A DNA stretch of 64,000 nucleotides, taken from the NCBI RefSeq assembly GCF_016462545.1, contig NZ_JAEMTA010000004.1, forward strand, positions 3,125 to 67,124, read 5' to 3'. A program made the translations under genes and the position numbers. Below the pieces are notes generated by a model that was not told where the DNA came from, did not search any database, and was given only the letters and a program-made list of their open reading frames with translations. Positions within the stretch are counted from its first letter, which is position 1, and each line of letters opens with the position of its first letter. The DNA comes from Mycolicibacterium sp. GTDB taxonomy: Bacteria; Actinomycetota; Actinomycetes; Mycobacteriales; Mycobacteriaceae. Below, in pieces: positions 23,895 to 33,550 of the stretch.

Positions 23895-26293
23895 TTCTCG
23901 TCCGGGGCGTGGGCGAGCGCGACGTCGAGCGGGTCCGGCCTGCCTTCGCCGTCGCGACGCTTGGGGCGGTCGAGATCGGCACGGTCGGGCTGGCCCCGGA
24001 ACCGGTGCCACAGCCGCCGACCGGCCAGCAGGACGAGAACCGCACCCGCGGACAGCGTGATGAAGAACAGCACCTTGCCGTAGGCATTGGAGTGCACCGA
24101 GAGCCGCACCGGCTCGCCGAGCGGAAGCCCGTCGGTGGTCTGCAGGGCGACGTCCACGGCAACGCGCTGCGTGAAGTGCACCTCGATGGGCACGCGCAGC
24201 GGGAGGAAGCCGGGCGGCAGCTCGATCTCGCCCAGGTCCGTCACCGTCATTCCCGGTGGAGCATCGACGTTGAGCTTCACGCGGATGGGCACCGGGAGAT
24301 CGTTGCGCAGCGCCAGCGGCAGCGGACTGCGCTCGGTGGCGAGCGTGTAGGAACCACCGGGGTTGACGATCGTGACCGCGCGCAACAGATCGGCGACGGT
24401 GTCGTCGACGACGCGCAACCGCGCAGCGGCGAGACCGTTGCGGGCGTCTGGCGGCACGGTCTGGCTGAGCGCCCGCAGCATGTCCTCCCGCAGCGGCGCG
24501 GTGTACTGCGCACCGGTCAGACCGGTGCGGGGATCGACGGTCAGCGCCGCGGTCAGTCCCCACAGCCTGCCGGTGCCGTTCGCGATGCCGGCCGTGACGG
24601 CCGCGTCGATGAACGCTCTCGGATTGCCCAGGGCGTCGGGGGGCAGCGGTCGAACGTCGGTCGACGGGACGGCGTTGCTCTCGGCGAGCACGGCCGTCAG
24701 CGGTCGTGGCACGGTCAGCCCGGAGCGGATCGACGAGGCCAGGGTGGTGAGGATCGACTGCGCCTCCTCGGGCGGCAGGTTCCAGGCCAACGGGGGAACG
24801 AGGATCTCGGTGCGCGGTTCGGTCTGCGGCTGCAAGGCGCGCCACAGCACGCCGGCGAGGGCGTCCTCCCGCCGCGCGATGGGCGAATCGTGCGACAGGG
24901 GAACCGCCAGTGACGGGTCGAGATACGAGGGTGTCACCGGCATCGTGCCCGCACCGGCGAGCGCTGCGCCCACGGCCGGATCGACGGGTGCGGCGACCAC
25001 GTTGGCGTCGTAGCGGCGGGGCTGGAGGTCGACCGTCGAGGCCTCACCGGCCGTCGAATCCTGGGCGACCGATTCGCCCGCGGCGATCGCCACCGTCGGG
25101 CCCTGGGCGGACAGCAACCGCACGGCAGGCCCGGTAAGAGGTCCGTCGCCGACGACGGTCGCCCCGCGGATCGACGCGATGCCGAGAATCTGGTCGACGA
25201 TGTCGCCTGCCCCGCGGGTCGCCGACATGGACAGCCCCGGGTCGCCCACTCGCGACAGCGCCCCGAGGTCGGCCTGCGCGTACACCGTCGGCGCCACGCA
25301 GGAACGCTGCGCCAGCGCGCGGAGCCTGCCGAGCCAGTTGACGGCGGCGTCCTGGCCGCTCCCGGGATGCGTTGGGGAGTTCAGGCCGCCGTCGGGATCG
25401 TCGTTGACGACGTAGCCCCCGGCCATGGCGTTCACGGTGACCAGCAGGTCCGGGTCCACCGCCAGGCACAGCGCAGTGCGGGTCTGGCCACCGGGATCGA
25501 CCGCCGGACTGGTCGCGAAGTCTGCCGCCGTGAGGAGGGTGTCGAGACGACCACCCGCGGCCAACGACGTCGCCAACTCGTCGTCCACCAGCCGGACCGG
25601 GGTGCTGCCGCCAGGCACGCCCGCCGCCAGTCGGGGCTTGTCCGCCAGCGGCCACAGCATCGTCACCCGCACGGGACGCGACGTGTCCGGGGGCACGACG
25701 GCGGACACCGCGTCACTGGCCGGCGTGGTCGGGTCGGCGGGCACACCGAGCACGGGCAGTAGGAACCGGGCGTCGTCCAACCGGGCGGGCGCCCCGTAGT
25801 CGGGGGTGCCGTTGACGTTGACGAGGGCGGGATAGATGCCGGGTCGGTCGATCCTCAGCGACGGCAACTCGGTCGAGCGGACGGGGTAGGTGAGCGTGAA
25901 GGGCACGTGCTGGCCCTGCGCGAGTTCCGGTGCGACGGTGATGAAGTCGGCGACGGGCTGATACTGGTCGACGCCGCCCGCGAGGTCGGTCCGAAGACCC
26001 GTCGACGACGTGACGGCGGGCGCGTGCTCCAGGCGCACGTTGATGTCGCGGACGGGCCGGTCGCCGACGTTGGTCACCGTCCCCGTGACCGTCACCAAGG
26101 GTTCGCTGGTGGTGTTGACGGTATCCGGCGTGATCGTGTCGATGTGCAGCTGCAGGAAGGGCCGCTCTCCGGGCTCACCCGCCGCGGCGCGCGGCGCCAC
26201 GGCGGGTACGACGATCAACGTCACCAAGGCGAGCACACTCAGGAGGCGGACCAGCGCGCGCGACCCGGCGATCCACGCCGCCGGGCGAGTCAT
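23891..26293 (-). CDS. Large conserved secreted/membrane-anchored protein (Rv3909-like)
   Basis: 800 aa from ATG 26293 (ATGA overlap with mutT4). N-terminal signal/TM ([21 protein letters not shown]) and a C-terminal TM anchor ([18 protein letters not shown]). Conserved slot between mutT4 and murJ. The track ORF (1122 aa) over-extends. Confidence 0.8.
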   Translation of the reverse strand: MTRPAAWIAGSRALVRLLSVLALVTLIVVPAVAPRAAAGEPGERPFLQLHIDTITPDTVNTTSEPLVTVTGTVTNVGDRPVRDINVRLEHAPAVTSSTGLRTDLAGGVDQYQPVADFITVAPELAQGQHVPFTLTYPVRSTELPSLRIDRPGIYPALVNVNGTPDYGAPARLDDARFLLPVLGVPADPTTPASDAVSAVVPPDTSRPVRVTMLWPLADKPRLAAGVPGGSTPVRLVDDELATSLAAGGRLDTLLTAADFATSPAVDPGGQTRTALCLAVDPDLLVTVNAMAGGYVVNDDPDGGLNSPTHPGSGQDAAVNWLGRLRALAQRSCVAPTVYAQADLGALSRVGDPGLSMSATRGAGDIVDQILGIASIRGATVVGDGPLTGPAVRLLSAQGPTVAIAAGESVAQDSTAGEASTVDLQPRRYDANVVAAPVDPAVGAALAGAGTMPVTPSYLDPSLAVPLSHDSPIARREDALAGVLWRALQPQTEPRTEILVPPLAWNLPPEEAQSILTTLASSIRSGLTVPRPLTAVLAESNAVPSTDVRPLPPDALGNPRAFIDAAVTAGIANGTGRLWGLTAALTVDPRTGLTGAQYTAPLREDMLRALSQTVPPDARNGLAAARLRVVDDTVADLLRAVTIVNPGGSYTLATERSPLPLALRNDLPVPIRVKLNVDAPPGMTVTDLGEIELPPGFLPLRVPIEVHFTQRVAVDVALQTTDGLPLGEPVRLSVHSNAYGKVLFFITLSAGAVLVLLAGRRLWHRFRGQPDRADLDRPKRRDGEGRPDPLDVALAHAPDEK

Positions 26294-27090
26294 GGGCCTT
26301 GGCCGCAGCCGTTCGCCCGCCGGCCCGGGTGAGGTTCCTTGGGCTCGTCGGGCCGGCGGTTGCGAGTGTGTGAATGCGTCTGCGGGCGGCGGCGCGGTGA
26401 GCTGTGCGGTAGCGGTGGAAGCGAACCGGGTCCGTCGGACTGGAGCTTGTCGATGAGCCGGCCGGCGACCTCGGCGAGCTTGCGTTCGTCGGCATAGGCC
26501 AGCCGGGACGGCAGATCTCCCAGCGGCACCCAGGCCACCTCGGTCACCTCCACGTCCTCGTCGGACAACTCGCCGTCGAGGAATCTCATGAGGTAATGGT
26601 GCACGGTCTTGTGTACGCGGCGCCCCTCGGTCACGAACCAGTAGTCGATGCTGCCGAGTGCGGCGAGAACGCTGCCCTGGATGCCGGTCTCCTCGGCGAC
26701 TTCGCGAATGGCCGTCTGTTCGGCGGTCTCGCCCTGTTCGATGTGTCCCTTGGGCAGTGACCACAGCATGCGGCCGCGTCGGTCCACCCGACCGATGAGT
26801 GCGGCGACCTGGCCGTCCTTGGGCCCGTCGATGCCGTCGATGACCAGACCCCCCGCGGAGGTCTCGTGGACGGTCCGCAGTCGGTCGGGAGCGCGGCGGC
26901 CCTGGCGGTTGGGAGGTGGCTGTGCGGCGGCGTCGGGGTGGTGGCCTGGCGAGGGACCGGGTAGCGGTGCGGCGGTCGGGCTGGGGGTGCTCGGGGTGCT
27001 CGCGGTACCGGCCTCTGGCGGACCCGCCGAGCGTCGGCCGCGGCGCCGTCCTCGGCGCCGTCGTGGTTTGGCCCGTTCGCCCTCCGACAC
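26290..27090 (-). CDS. mutT4: NUDIX hydrolase (MutT4-like)
   Basis: 266 aa from GTG 27090 ([20 protein letters not shown]...). Nudix box [25 protein letters not shown]. Proline-rich C-tail. Confidence 0.85.
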   Translation of the reverse strand: MSEGERAKPRRRRGRRRGRRSAGPPEAGTASTPSTPSPTAAPLPGPSPGHHPDAAAQPPPNRQGRRAPDRLRTVHETSAGGLVIDGIDGPKDGQVAALIGRVDRRGRMLWSLPKGHIEQGETAEQTAIREVAEETGIQGSVLAALGSIDYWFVTEGRRVHKTVHHYLMRFLDGELSDEDVEVTEVAWVPLGDLPSRLAYADERKLAEVAGRLIDKLQSDGPGSLPPLPHSSPRRRPQTHSHTRNRRPDEPKEPHPGRRANGCGQGP

Positions 27091-27200
27091 CCAAGCGATA
27101 GTAGCTGCCACTTGGTGTGTCACTCCTACGCACTCGCCGTCGTGGTCGGCTTGTCGCCGGGTCGTTACGGACCCGTGAGCGCCTACTAGGCTCATCGAAC

Positions 27201-28655
27201 GTGCCGAATGATCCCTCCGCCAGCCCGTCTGGCACCGACGAGTTGTTGACCGCCGCCAAGGCGCTGCATCAGCACACGCCGATGCTGTGTGAGCTGGGTC
27301 AGTTGTTCGCTGACGCGGGGCACGAGCTGTATCTGGTCGGCGGCAGCGTCCGCGACGCGCTCCTGGACCGCCCGTTGACGGACCTGGACTTCACCACCGA
27401 CGCCCGGCCGGACGACGTGCAGAAGGTGGTGCGGCGCTGGGCCGACGGACTGTGGGACACGGGCATCGAGTTCGGGACGGTCGGGGTCGGAAAGGGCACC
27501 GAGCGCCTCGAGATCACCACGTTCCGCGCCGACGCCTACGACCGGGTGACGCGGAACCCGCAGGTCCGGTTCGGCGATCGGTTGGACGACGACCTGGTGC
27601 GCCGTGACTTCACCGCGAACGCGATGGCCGTGCGCATCACGCCGTCCGGACTCGGCGAATTCCACGATCCCCTAGGCGGTTTGGGCGCGATCCGCCGCCG
27701 AGTGCTCGACACTCCCGCGGCGCCGGAGGTGTCCTTCGGCGACGATCCGCTGCGGATGCTGCGGGCCGCGCGGTTCGTCTCGCAACTCGGCTTCGACGTC
27801 GCGCCGCGGGTCCGCGAGGCGATGACGCGAATGGCGGACGAACTCGGGCGCATCACCGTCGAACGGGTCGCGGCCGAACTGGACAAGATGATGCTGGGCG
27901 CCGATCCGGTGGCGGGCGTCGACCTCATGGTGCAGACAGGTCTCGGTGACGTCGTCCTGCCCGAGGTGGGTGGCATGCGGATGGCCATCGACGAACATCA
28001 TCAGCACAAGGACGTGTACCAACATTCGCTGACCGTGCTGCGGCAGGCGATCGATCTGGAGGACTCCACCAGCCCTCCGGATCTGGTCCTGCGGTGGGCT
28101 GCGCTGCTGCACGACGTCGGCAAGCCGGCGACCCGCAGGCACGAGAGCGACGGCGGCGTCAGCTTCCATCACCACGAGGTCGTCGGCGCGAAGATGACCC
28201 GCAAGCGCATGCGGGAACTGAAGTACTCCAAGCAGATGATCGACGACGTGTCCCAGCTGGTGTACCTGCACCTGCGGTTTCACGGATACGGGGACGGCAA
28301 GTGGACCGACTCCGCGGTGCGCAGGTACGTCACCGATGCCGGACCGCTGGTCGATCGGCTGCACAAACTGGTGCGCGCAGACTGCACGACCCGCAACAAG
28401 CGTCGTGCCGCCCGGTTGCAGGCCAATTACGACGACCTCGAGAACCGGATCAGTGAGCTGGCGGCGAAGGAGGACCTGCAGCGGGTCCGCCCCGATCTGG
28501 ACGGCAACGAGATCATGCGAATCCTCGGCATCCCGGCGGGTCCGCAGGTCGGTCAGGCGTGGCAGTACCTCAAGGAGCTGCGACTGGATCGCGGGCCGCT
28601 CGAGCACGACGACGCGGTGGCCGAACTTCAGAAGTGGTGGAACTCCAGGGCGTAG
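27201..28655 (+). CDS. cca: CCA tRNA nucleotidyltransferase / poly(A) polymerase family protein with HD domain
   Basis: 484 aa from GTG 27201. Nucleotidyltransferase motif [32 protein letters not shown], and an HD domain ([11 protein letters not shown]...LLHDVGKP). Divergent from mutT4. Confidence 0.9.
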   Translation: MPNDPSASPSGTDELLTAAKALHQHTPMLCELGQLFADAGHELYLVGGSVRDALLDRPLTDLDFTTDARPDDVQKVVRRWADGLWDTGIEFGTVGVGKGTERLEITTFRADAYDRVTRNPQVRFGDRLDDDLVRRDFTANAMAVRITPSGLGEFHDPLGGLGAIRRRVLDTPAAPEVSFGDDPLRMLRAARFVSQLGFDVAPRVREAMTRMADELGRITVERVAAELDKMMLGADPVAGVDLMVQTGLGDVVLPEVGGMRMAIDEHHQHKDVYQHSLTVLRQAIDLEDSTSPPDLVLRWAALLHDVGKPATRRHESDGGVSFHHHEVVGAKMTRKRMRELKYSKQMIDDVSQLVYLHLRFHGYGDGKWTDSAVRRYVTDAGPLVDRLHKLVRADCTTRNKRRAARLQANYDDLENRISELAAKEDLQRVRPDLDGNEIMRILGIPAGPQVGQAWQYLKELRLDRGPLEHDDAVAELQKWWNSRA

Positions 28656-28673
28656 TGCGACGTCGAATGAGGT

Positions 28674-29180
28674 ATGGACTACTGCCTGGGCGACGGTGAC
28701 GGATCGGCGACGATGTGGTCGGCCGAGATGGACGTCGACACCGACGGTGACGGGGTGTTCGACGCGCTCGGCCTGGACTTCGATGGCGATGGGAGATTCG
28801 ACGACGCGCTCGCGGACTCCGACGGTGACGGCGTCGCCGATCACCTGCTGCTCGATCTGGACGACGACGGTCGAACTGAAGCGTCGTTCACCGACGACGG
28901 CACGGGTACATGGGCGATCGGCGTCGACGGCGCCGGTCGGGGTGGGCAGGTGCGTTGGCTGGGCCTCGACGGGATCGAACAGACCGGCGGCCCCCTGGTG
29001 GACTTCGACGGCGACGGTCAGGTCGACGACCGCCTGCTCGACGTGAACCGGGACGGCCTCGCAGACCGCGTGCTCGTCGGCGACGAGGCGTACGTCGACA
29101 CCGATGCCGACGGGCGGTGGGACCTCAAGCTGTCCGATGGCGACGGTGACGGCGCCGCGGACGCGGCGACCCAGCTCTAG
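28674..29180 (+). CDS. Acidic protein with about eight DxDxDG-type putative Ca-binding loops (Rv3906c-like hypothetical)
   Basis: 168 aa, ~25% Asp. Recurring [74 protein letters not shown]. No signal peptide. High GC3. Confidence 0.65.
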   Translation: MDYCLGDGDGSATMWSAEMDVDTDGDGVFDALGLDFDGDGRFDDALADSDGDGVADHLLLDLDDDGRTEASFTDDGTGTWAIGVDGAGRGGQVRWLGLDGIEQTGGPLVDFDGDGQVDDRLLDVNRDGLADRVLVGDEAYVDTDADGRWDLKLSDGDGDGAADAATQL

Positions 29181-29947
29181 GCCCGGCCGGCCCCCGGCGG
29201 ACCGGCGAACGCCTGGGCGATCGTCAACCAGCGGGCCGCGTCGTCGCCGACGGCCGTCACGTCCAACTCGGCGGGCGGGCGGCGCTGCGTCACCAGCATG
29301 CAGAAGTCCTCGGCCGACCCGGTCACCCGCTGCGCGGCGTCGGCCGGTCCCCACGACCAGGTCGAGCCGTCGGGTGCGCGTAGTTCCACGTGAAACGTCT
29401 CGGTGGGCACGGGCAGCCCGTGCACGGTGAAGGCGAAGTCCCTGGTGCGCACGCCGATGTGGGCGATCGAGCGCAGCCGGGCCGTCGCAGGCCGCGTTAC
29501 GCCCAGCGCGTCGGCGACGTCCAGTCCGTGCGCCCAGGTCTCCATGAGCCGCGCGGTCGCCATCGAGGCGGCGCTCATCGGCGGCCCGAACCACGGCAAC
29601 TTCCGACCGTCGGCCACGGTGAGGAGTTCGTCGTGCAGACGGGACCGCGTGCGCCGCCAGTCGGCAAGCATCTCGGCGGGCGGCGTGGCCGCGAGGTCCT
29701 CGGCGCCGGCGTCGACGAAGCCCGTGGGGTTGGTCGAGGCATCCTGCAGGATCTGCGCGAAACCGGGTTCGTCGGTGACCGCGACGAGGGAGACCCGGTC
29801 GGTCCACCACAGATGCGCGATCTGATGGGAGATCGTCCATCCGGGCGCCGGCGTCGCGCGGTGCCAACCGCCGTCGTCGAGATCTGCGACGAGTTCGTCG
29901 AGCGCATCGCTCTCGGCACGCAGGTCGGCGACGAGATCGTTCAGCAT
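29177..29947 (-). CDS. DinB/MDMPI-like metal-binding protein (TIGR03084-like, mycothiol maleylpyruvate isomerase N-terminal domain family)
   Basis: 256 aa. N-terminus [42 protein letters not shown] is typical of the family. C-terminal region with [14 protein letters not shown]. Confidence 0.75.
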   Translation of the reverse strand: MLNDLVADLRAESDALDELVADLDDGGWHRATPAPGWTISHQIAHLWWTDRVSLVAVTDEPGFAQILQDASTNPTGFVDAGAEDLAATPPAEMLADWRRTRSRLHDELLTVADGRKLPWFGPPMSAASMATARLMETWAHGLDVADALGVTRPATARLRSIAHIGVRTRDFAFTVHGLPVPTETFHVELRAPDGSTWSWGPADAAQRVTGSAEDFCMLVTQRRPPAELDVTAVGDDAARWLTIAQAFAGPPGAGRA

Positions 29948-29956
29948 GGCGTCACC

Positions 29957-31288
29957 CTAACCCGATTGCCGTGCGCCCCTGCCGATCGCCGCGTGCGCCG
30001 CCAAGCCGAGGAGGTAGGCGGCGGATCCGACGAGCACCAGGCCCGGTGCGTCTCCGTCGCCGGGGATCACGGCCGCCGTGGCGGCGATCGCCGCCACGAA
30101 CGACACCCAGAACACCGAATCCTGAACGGTGAAGACGTGACCGCGCATCGCGTCGTCGACGTCGATCTGCATCGCCGAGTCCGCGCACAGCTTCACCACC
30201 TGGCCCGCGGCTCCGAGCAGGAAGCCGCAGCCGACCATCATCGGCAGATGCAGGCTGACGGCGCCCAGCTGGACGACCGCCGCGAATCCCAGCGCGCCGT
30301 TGGCGGTCGCGTACCGGCCCCAGCGGCGAACCGCGGGCGGCGTGACGAAGTTGGCCAGGAACGAGCCGAGCCCCGCCGCGGCGACGAACACCACTGCCGT
30401 CCCGAACCCCCCGACGTCGGTGCTTCCCGCGTGCCGCACGATCACGAGCACGAGGAGGGTGTTGACGCCGAACGCGACGCGGTGCGCGGCCAAGCCGGCG
30501 AGCGTGGCGCCGACGGTCCGCACCCCGATCACCGTGCGTGCGCCGTAGCCCCAGCCCGTGGCGACCGCGTACGCCACCGAGCCGTGCACGGCGCGATTGC
30601 CGTCGTCGGGTCCGAGCACGTGGGGCTTGAAGCGGTAGGCGAGGAACAGGGCGAGCGCCACGGGGATCGCGACGATGAAAATGACTGTGGCAGAGCCGGT
30701 ATCGCCGGTGCCGACCAGCCAGCGGGGGACCAGCATGAAGTTGGCGCCCAGGAATGTCGCCGCGGCGCCGACCGCGGTGGCCACCGAGTTCGACGTCACG
30801 ACCTTGTCGCGGGGGACGACGTGGGGCAGTGCCGCGGACAAGCCGGAGGACACGAACCGGTTGAAGCCGTTGACGATCAGGGCGCCGCACAGGATCGTCA
30901 GGTCACTCGCGCCGATGGCGAGCAGCGTTGCGACCCCGAGGATCAGGATGAGCCGGGCCAGGGTCGCTCCGACGAGCACCAGCCTGCGATCCCAGCGGTC
31001 CAGGAGGGCGCCTGCGAAGGGCCCGAGTAGCGAGTACGGCAGGAACAGCACCGCGAAGGCGCCCGCGACGGCCCAGGGACTGGCCGCCCGCTCGGGGTTG
31101 AAGAGCAGCGCGCCTGCAAGCCCGCCCTGGAACAGCCCGTCGCCGAAGAGGCTTACGGCCCGCAGTTCCAACAGTCGGCGGAACTCGGGTAGCGCGCGCA
31201 CCGAATGCCAGACGGCGGTGCGAGGGTGAGGCTTGACCACATTGATCCGATGTCGGTTGCAGGGTTGGACGTGCCGATGGGCGACCAA
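29957..31288 (-). CDS. MFS transporter
   Basis: 443 aa, ~12 hydrophobic segments, with MFS loop motif [10 protein letters not shown]. The true start is probably downstream of 31288 (e.g. near [11 protein letters not shown]). Confidence 0.8.
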   Translation of the reverse strand: MVAHRHVQPCNRHRINVVKPHPRTAVWHSVRALPEFRRLLELRAVSLFGDGLFQGGLAGALLFNPERAASPWAVAGAFAVLFLPYSLLGPFAGALLDRWDRRLVLVGATLARLILILGVATLLAIGASDLTILCGALIVNGFNRFVSSGLSAALPHVVPRDKVVTSNSVATAVGAAATFLGANFMLVPRWLVGTGDTGSATVIFIVAIPVALALFLAYRFKPHVLGPDDGNRAVHGSVAYAVATGWGYGARTVIGVRTVGATLAGLAAHRVAFGVNTLLVLVIVRHAGSTDVGGFGTAVVFVAAAGLGSFLANFVTPPAVRRWGRYATANGALGFAAVVQLGAVSLHLPMMVGCGFLLGAAGQVVKLCADSAMQIDVDDAMRGHVFTVQDSVFWVSFVAAIAATAAVIPGDGDAPGLVLVGSAAYLLGLAAHAAIGRGARQSG

Positions 31289-31373
31289 ACCACCCTACTG
31301 AGATTCGCAAATCCGTTCGGCGCGGCCGCGCCCGATCGCCTCCGGATGCGGACGCTGGTGACATGATGGACGG

Positions 31374-31979
31374 GTGGCGCAGTCAGAGGACCCTGAGGAC
31401 CACATTGCTCCTGCCACGCACCGGGTACGAGCGGGGACGCTGTTGCTCGCGAACACCGATCTGATGGAGCCCACGTTCCGTCGCAGCGTGATCTACGTCG
31501 TCGAGCACAACGACGGGGGCACTCTCGGCGTGGTGCTGAACAGGCCGAGTGAAACCGCGGTGTTCAACGTGCTGCCGCAGTGGACCAAGCTCGCCACGAA
31601 GCCCAAGACGATGTTCGTCGGTGGTCCGGTGAAGCGGGACGCCGCGCTGTGCCTGGCGACGTTGCGCGCAGGTCTGCAACCGACCGACGTGCCGGGTCTG
31701 CGGCACGTGCAGGGGCGCATCGTGATGGTGGATCTCGACGCCGACCCGGACGTCATCGCGCCCGCCGTCGAGGGGGTCAGGATCTACGCCGGGTACTCCG
31801 GGTGGACCATCGGGCAACTCGAGGGCGAGATCGAGCGGGACGACTGGATCGTGTTGTCGGCGTTGCCGTCCGACGTGCTCGTCGAGCCGCGGGTCGATCT
31901 GTGGGCGCGTGTGCTGCGCCGGCAGCCGATGCCGTTGTCGCTGTTGGCGACCCACCCGATCGACGTCAGCCGCAACTAG
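31374..31979 (+). CDS. YqgE/AlgH family protein (UPF0301, Rv0038-like)
   Basis: 201 aa. Family-typical LLLANTDLMEPTFRRSVIYVVEHNDGGTLGVVLNRP...GGPV...YAGYSGWTIGQLEGEIERDDW. Confidence 0.85.
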   Translation: MAQSEDPEDHIAPATHRVRAGTLLLANTDLMEPTFRRSVIYVVEHNDGGTLGVVLNRPSETAVFNVLPQWTKLATKPKTMFVGGPVKRDAALCLATLRAGLQPTDVPGLRHVQGRIVMVDLDADPDVIAPAVEGVRIYAGYSGWTIGQLEGEIERDDWIVLSALPSDVLVEPRVDLWARVLRRQPMPLSLLATHPIDVSRN

Positions 31980-32024
31980 CGGAGTCCGCCAAAGGCGTTG
32001 GGCGACAGAGCGATCTGCCGAGAA

Positions 32025-32372
32025 TCAGTGGCACGACAGCGTGCACGAGGCGCACGAGCCCGCGCAGCCCGCGTCGGCAGTGCTCGCCTCGCGCCGCGCC
32101 ACCGCCTTGGCGCTCTGGTAGCACCCTGCCGCGACGGTGCCCACCGCGCCAACGACGCACACCACCAGCGCCAGTACGCCTGCCGTCTGAGGCGCGGCGA
32201 GAGCCACCACCCCGCCCGCCGCCAGCATCACCGCGGCCGCGAGTTGGGTGGGCACGACCGCCCGCAGGACCTGCCGGACCGCGTCGGTCGAATGCGGACG
32301 CGTCATCGACCACAGACCGGTGGCGGCCGTCGCCACGGCAGCACACAGGCACAGCACCGCGGCGATCAGCAT
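32025..32372 (-). CDS. Small membrane protein with Cys-rich C-terminal tail (Rv0039c-like)
   Basis: 115 aa from ATG 32372. Three hydrophobic helices. Tail ...GCAGSCASCTLSCH. The track ORF (154 aa) over-extends into the mtc28-like gene. Confidence 0.6.
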   Translation of the reverse strand: MLIAAVLCLCAAVATAATGLWSMTRPHSTDAVRQVLRAVVPTQLAAAVMLAAGGVVALAAPQTAGVLALVVCVVGAVGTVAAGCYQSAKAVARREASTADAGCAGSCASCTLSCH

Positions 32373-32415
32373 GAGCCCCACAATACGAGGCCGGTCGGTT
32401 GGGCGCGGTCTGGGG

Positions 32416-33330
32416 TTAGCGCGGCAGGCCGAGTGGCTGAGCAGCCGCGGGCAGTGCGGCGGGGCCTGCAGGCGCGGGCGCTGCGGCAACGGCGGGGGCC
32501 GGCGGCGGCGCGTCGGGCGAGGCCGCTCTGAACCCGTTGACGATGGCGTCGGTCGCCGACCCTGCGGCGACCGACACCTGGGCGCTGGTGGTGACCGATA
32601 GGGACACCAGGTACCTGTCCGGGCCCGACGCGACGATGGTGTGGCGGCGCGAGGTGTTCAGCGTCAGGTTGTTCTGTCGGTACGTGCCCTCGATGCGGGC
32701 GGTCGGGACGCCGCCGACGTCGCCGAGCGATCCGTCGGTGGCCCGCCAGGCGGGTAGCTGCTGGGTGTCGATGAGGCCGTGGCTGATGGCCTCCTTGGAG
32801 TCGAAGTCACCGACCAGCTTGTAGACCTGCACGGCGGCGTTCGAGGTGTACAGCCCGTCACCGCCGACGCGATCGGCGATCACGGCGAACGCGTCGGGAA
32901 CGTTGGGATCCGGTACCTGGGCCCACCCGGTGGGCATCGGCAACACGATGTTGAGCGCCTTGAAGTCGGTGGCCTTCTGCGGCTCCATTGCGACGTTCTT
33001 CTGCCTGAAGAAGTCGGCGAGGGTGCCCGACGCGGCGGGCACGATGGCCGTGACGGGTACTGCGGGCACCACCGGGGCGGCGGGAGCCGCGGGGGCAACG
33101 GGGTTGCCGGCCACGGGGGACGCGATCAGCTGATTGGGGCCGACGGCCGCCGCGGCGGGGGCTCCGGCCTGGACGGTCACGGTCTGCGTGACGGTGGCGG
33201 GCGCGGGGACCGCAGGCAGGGGGAGTGTGGGCTCGGCGGATGCGGTGGTGCCCGCAAGGCCGACGACGCACGCCGCTCCGGCGGCGAACCCTCCTGCCAG
33301 AAGTCCCCAGCGACGGGCATTTTCGAACAT
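32416..33330 (-). CDS. mtc28: Proline-rich secreted antigen Mtc28-like protein (LpqN/LpqT/Mtc28 fold family)
   Basis: 304 aa from ATG 33330 (GGAAGGA upstream). Signal peptide (WGLLAGGFAAGAACVVGLAGTTASA), Pro/Ala-rich linker, and a conserved core (LPMPTGWAQVPDPNVPDAFAVIADRVGGDGLYTSNAAVQVYKLVGDFD). Confidence 0.8.
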   Translation of the reverse strand: MFENARRWGLLAGGFAAGAACVVGLAGTTASAEPTLPLPAVPAPATVTQTVTVQAGAPAAAAVGPNQLIASPVAGNPVAPAAPAAPVVPAVPVTAIVPAASGTLADFFRQKNVAMEPQKATDFKALNIVLPMPTGWAQVPDPNVPDAFAVIADRVGGDGLYTSNAAVQVYKLVGDFDSKEAISHGLIDTQQLPAWRATDGSLGDVGGVPTARIEGTYRQNNLTLNTSRRHTIVASGPDRYLVSLSVTTSAQVSVAAGSATDAIVNGFRAASPDAPPPAPAVAAAPAPAGPAALPAAAQPLGLPR

Positions 33331-33550
33331 CTCGCGTCCGTCCTTCCGGATCATGCGGTCCGGCACCGGACGGATGCCCGTGGCCAGGCGCCGACTGTAT
33401 CCACGCCGTGGCTCCCGTCACCAGGTCCGGGATCGACCTGCAACCATGCCCTGACCCCTCCGCAACGGAACCGATACCAACCCGTTGCCCCGCGGCCGTC
33501 CCGGCACCTGCGATGCGGGTTTCGAGCAGGGCGTTGACTACCCTGTTCAC

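Noticed and set aside
23895-24845. 316-codon N-terminal extension of the murJ track ORF (1512 aa)
   Set aside because: It overlaps the 3' end of the real Rv3909-like gene in another frame and is Arg/Pro/Ala junk. The MurJ-like sequence starts at the GTG that overlaps the upstream stop (23894).
26294-27259. 322-codon extension of the Rv3909-like track ORF (1122 aa)
   Set aside because: It overlaps the NUDIX gene out of frame and is an extreme Arg/Pro/Gly composition. A signal-peptide-bearing ATG at 26293 gives the expected ~800-aa protein.
27672-29867. 731-aa minus-strand ORF
   Set aside because: It runs antisense across three well-supported genes (cca, the Asp-rich protein, and part of the DinB-like gene) and has no recognisable domain. 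GC artefact.
29390-31030. 546-aa plus-strand ORF
   Set aside because: It is antisense to the DinB-like and MFS genes. The composition is Arg/Gly/Asp/His-rich with no TM or domain pattern.
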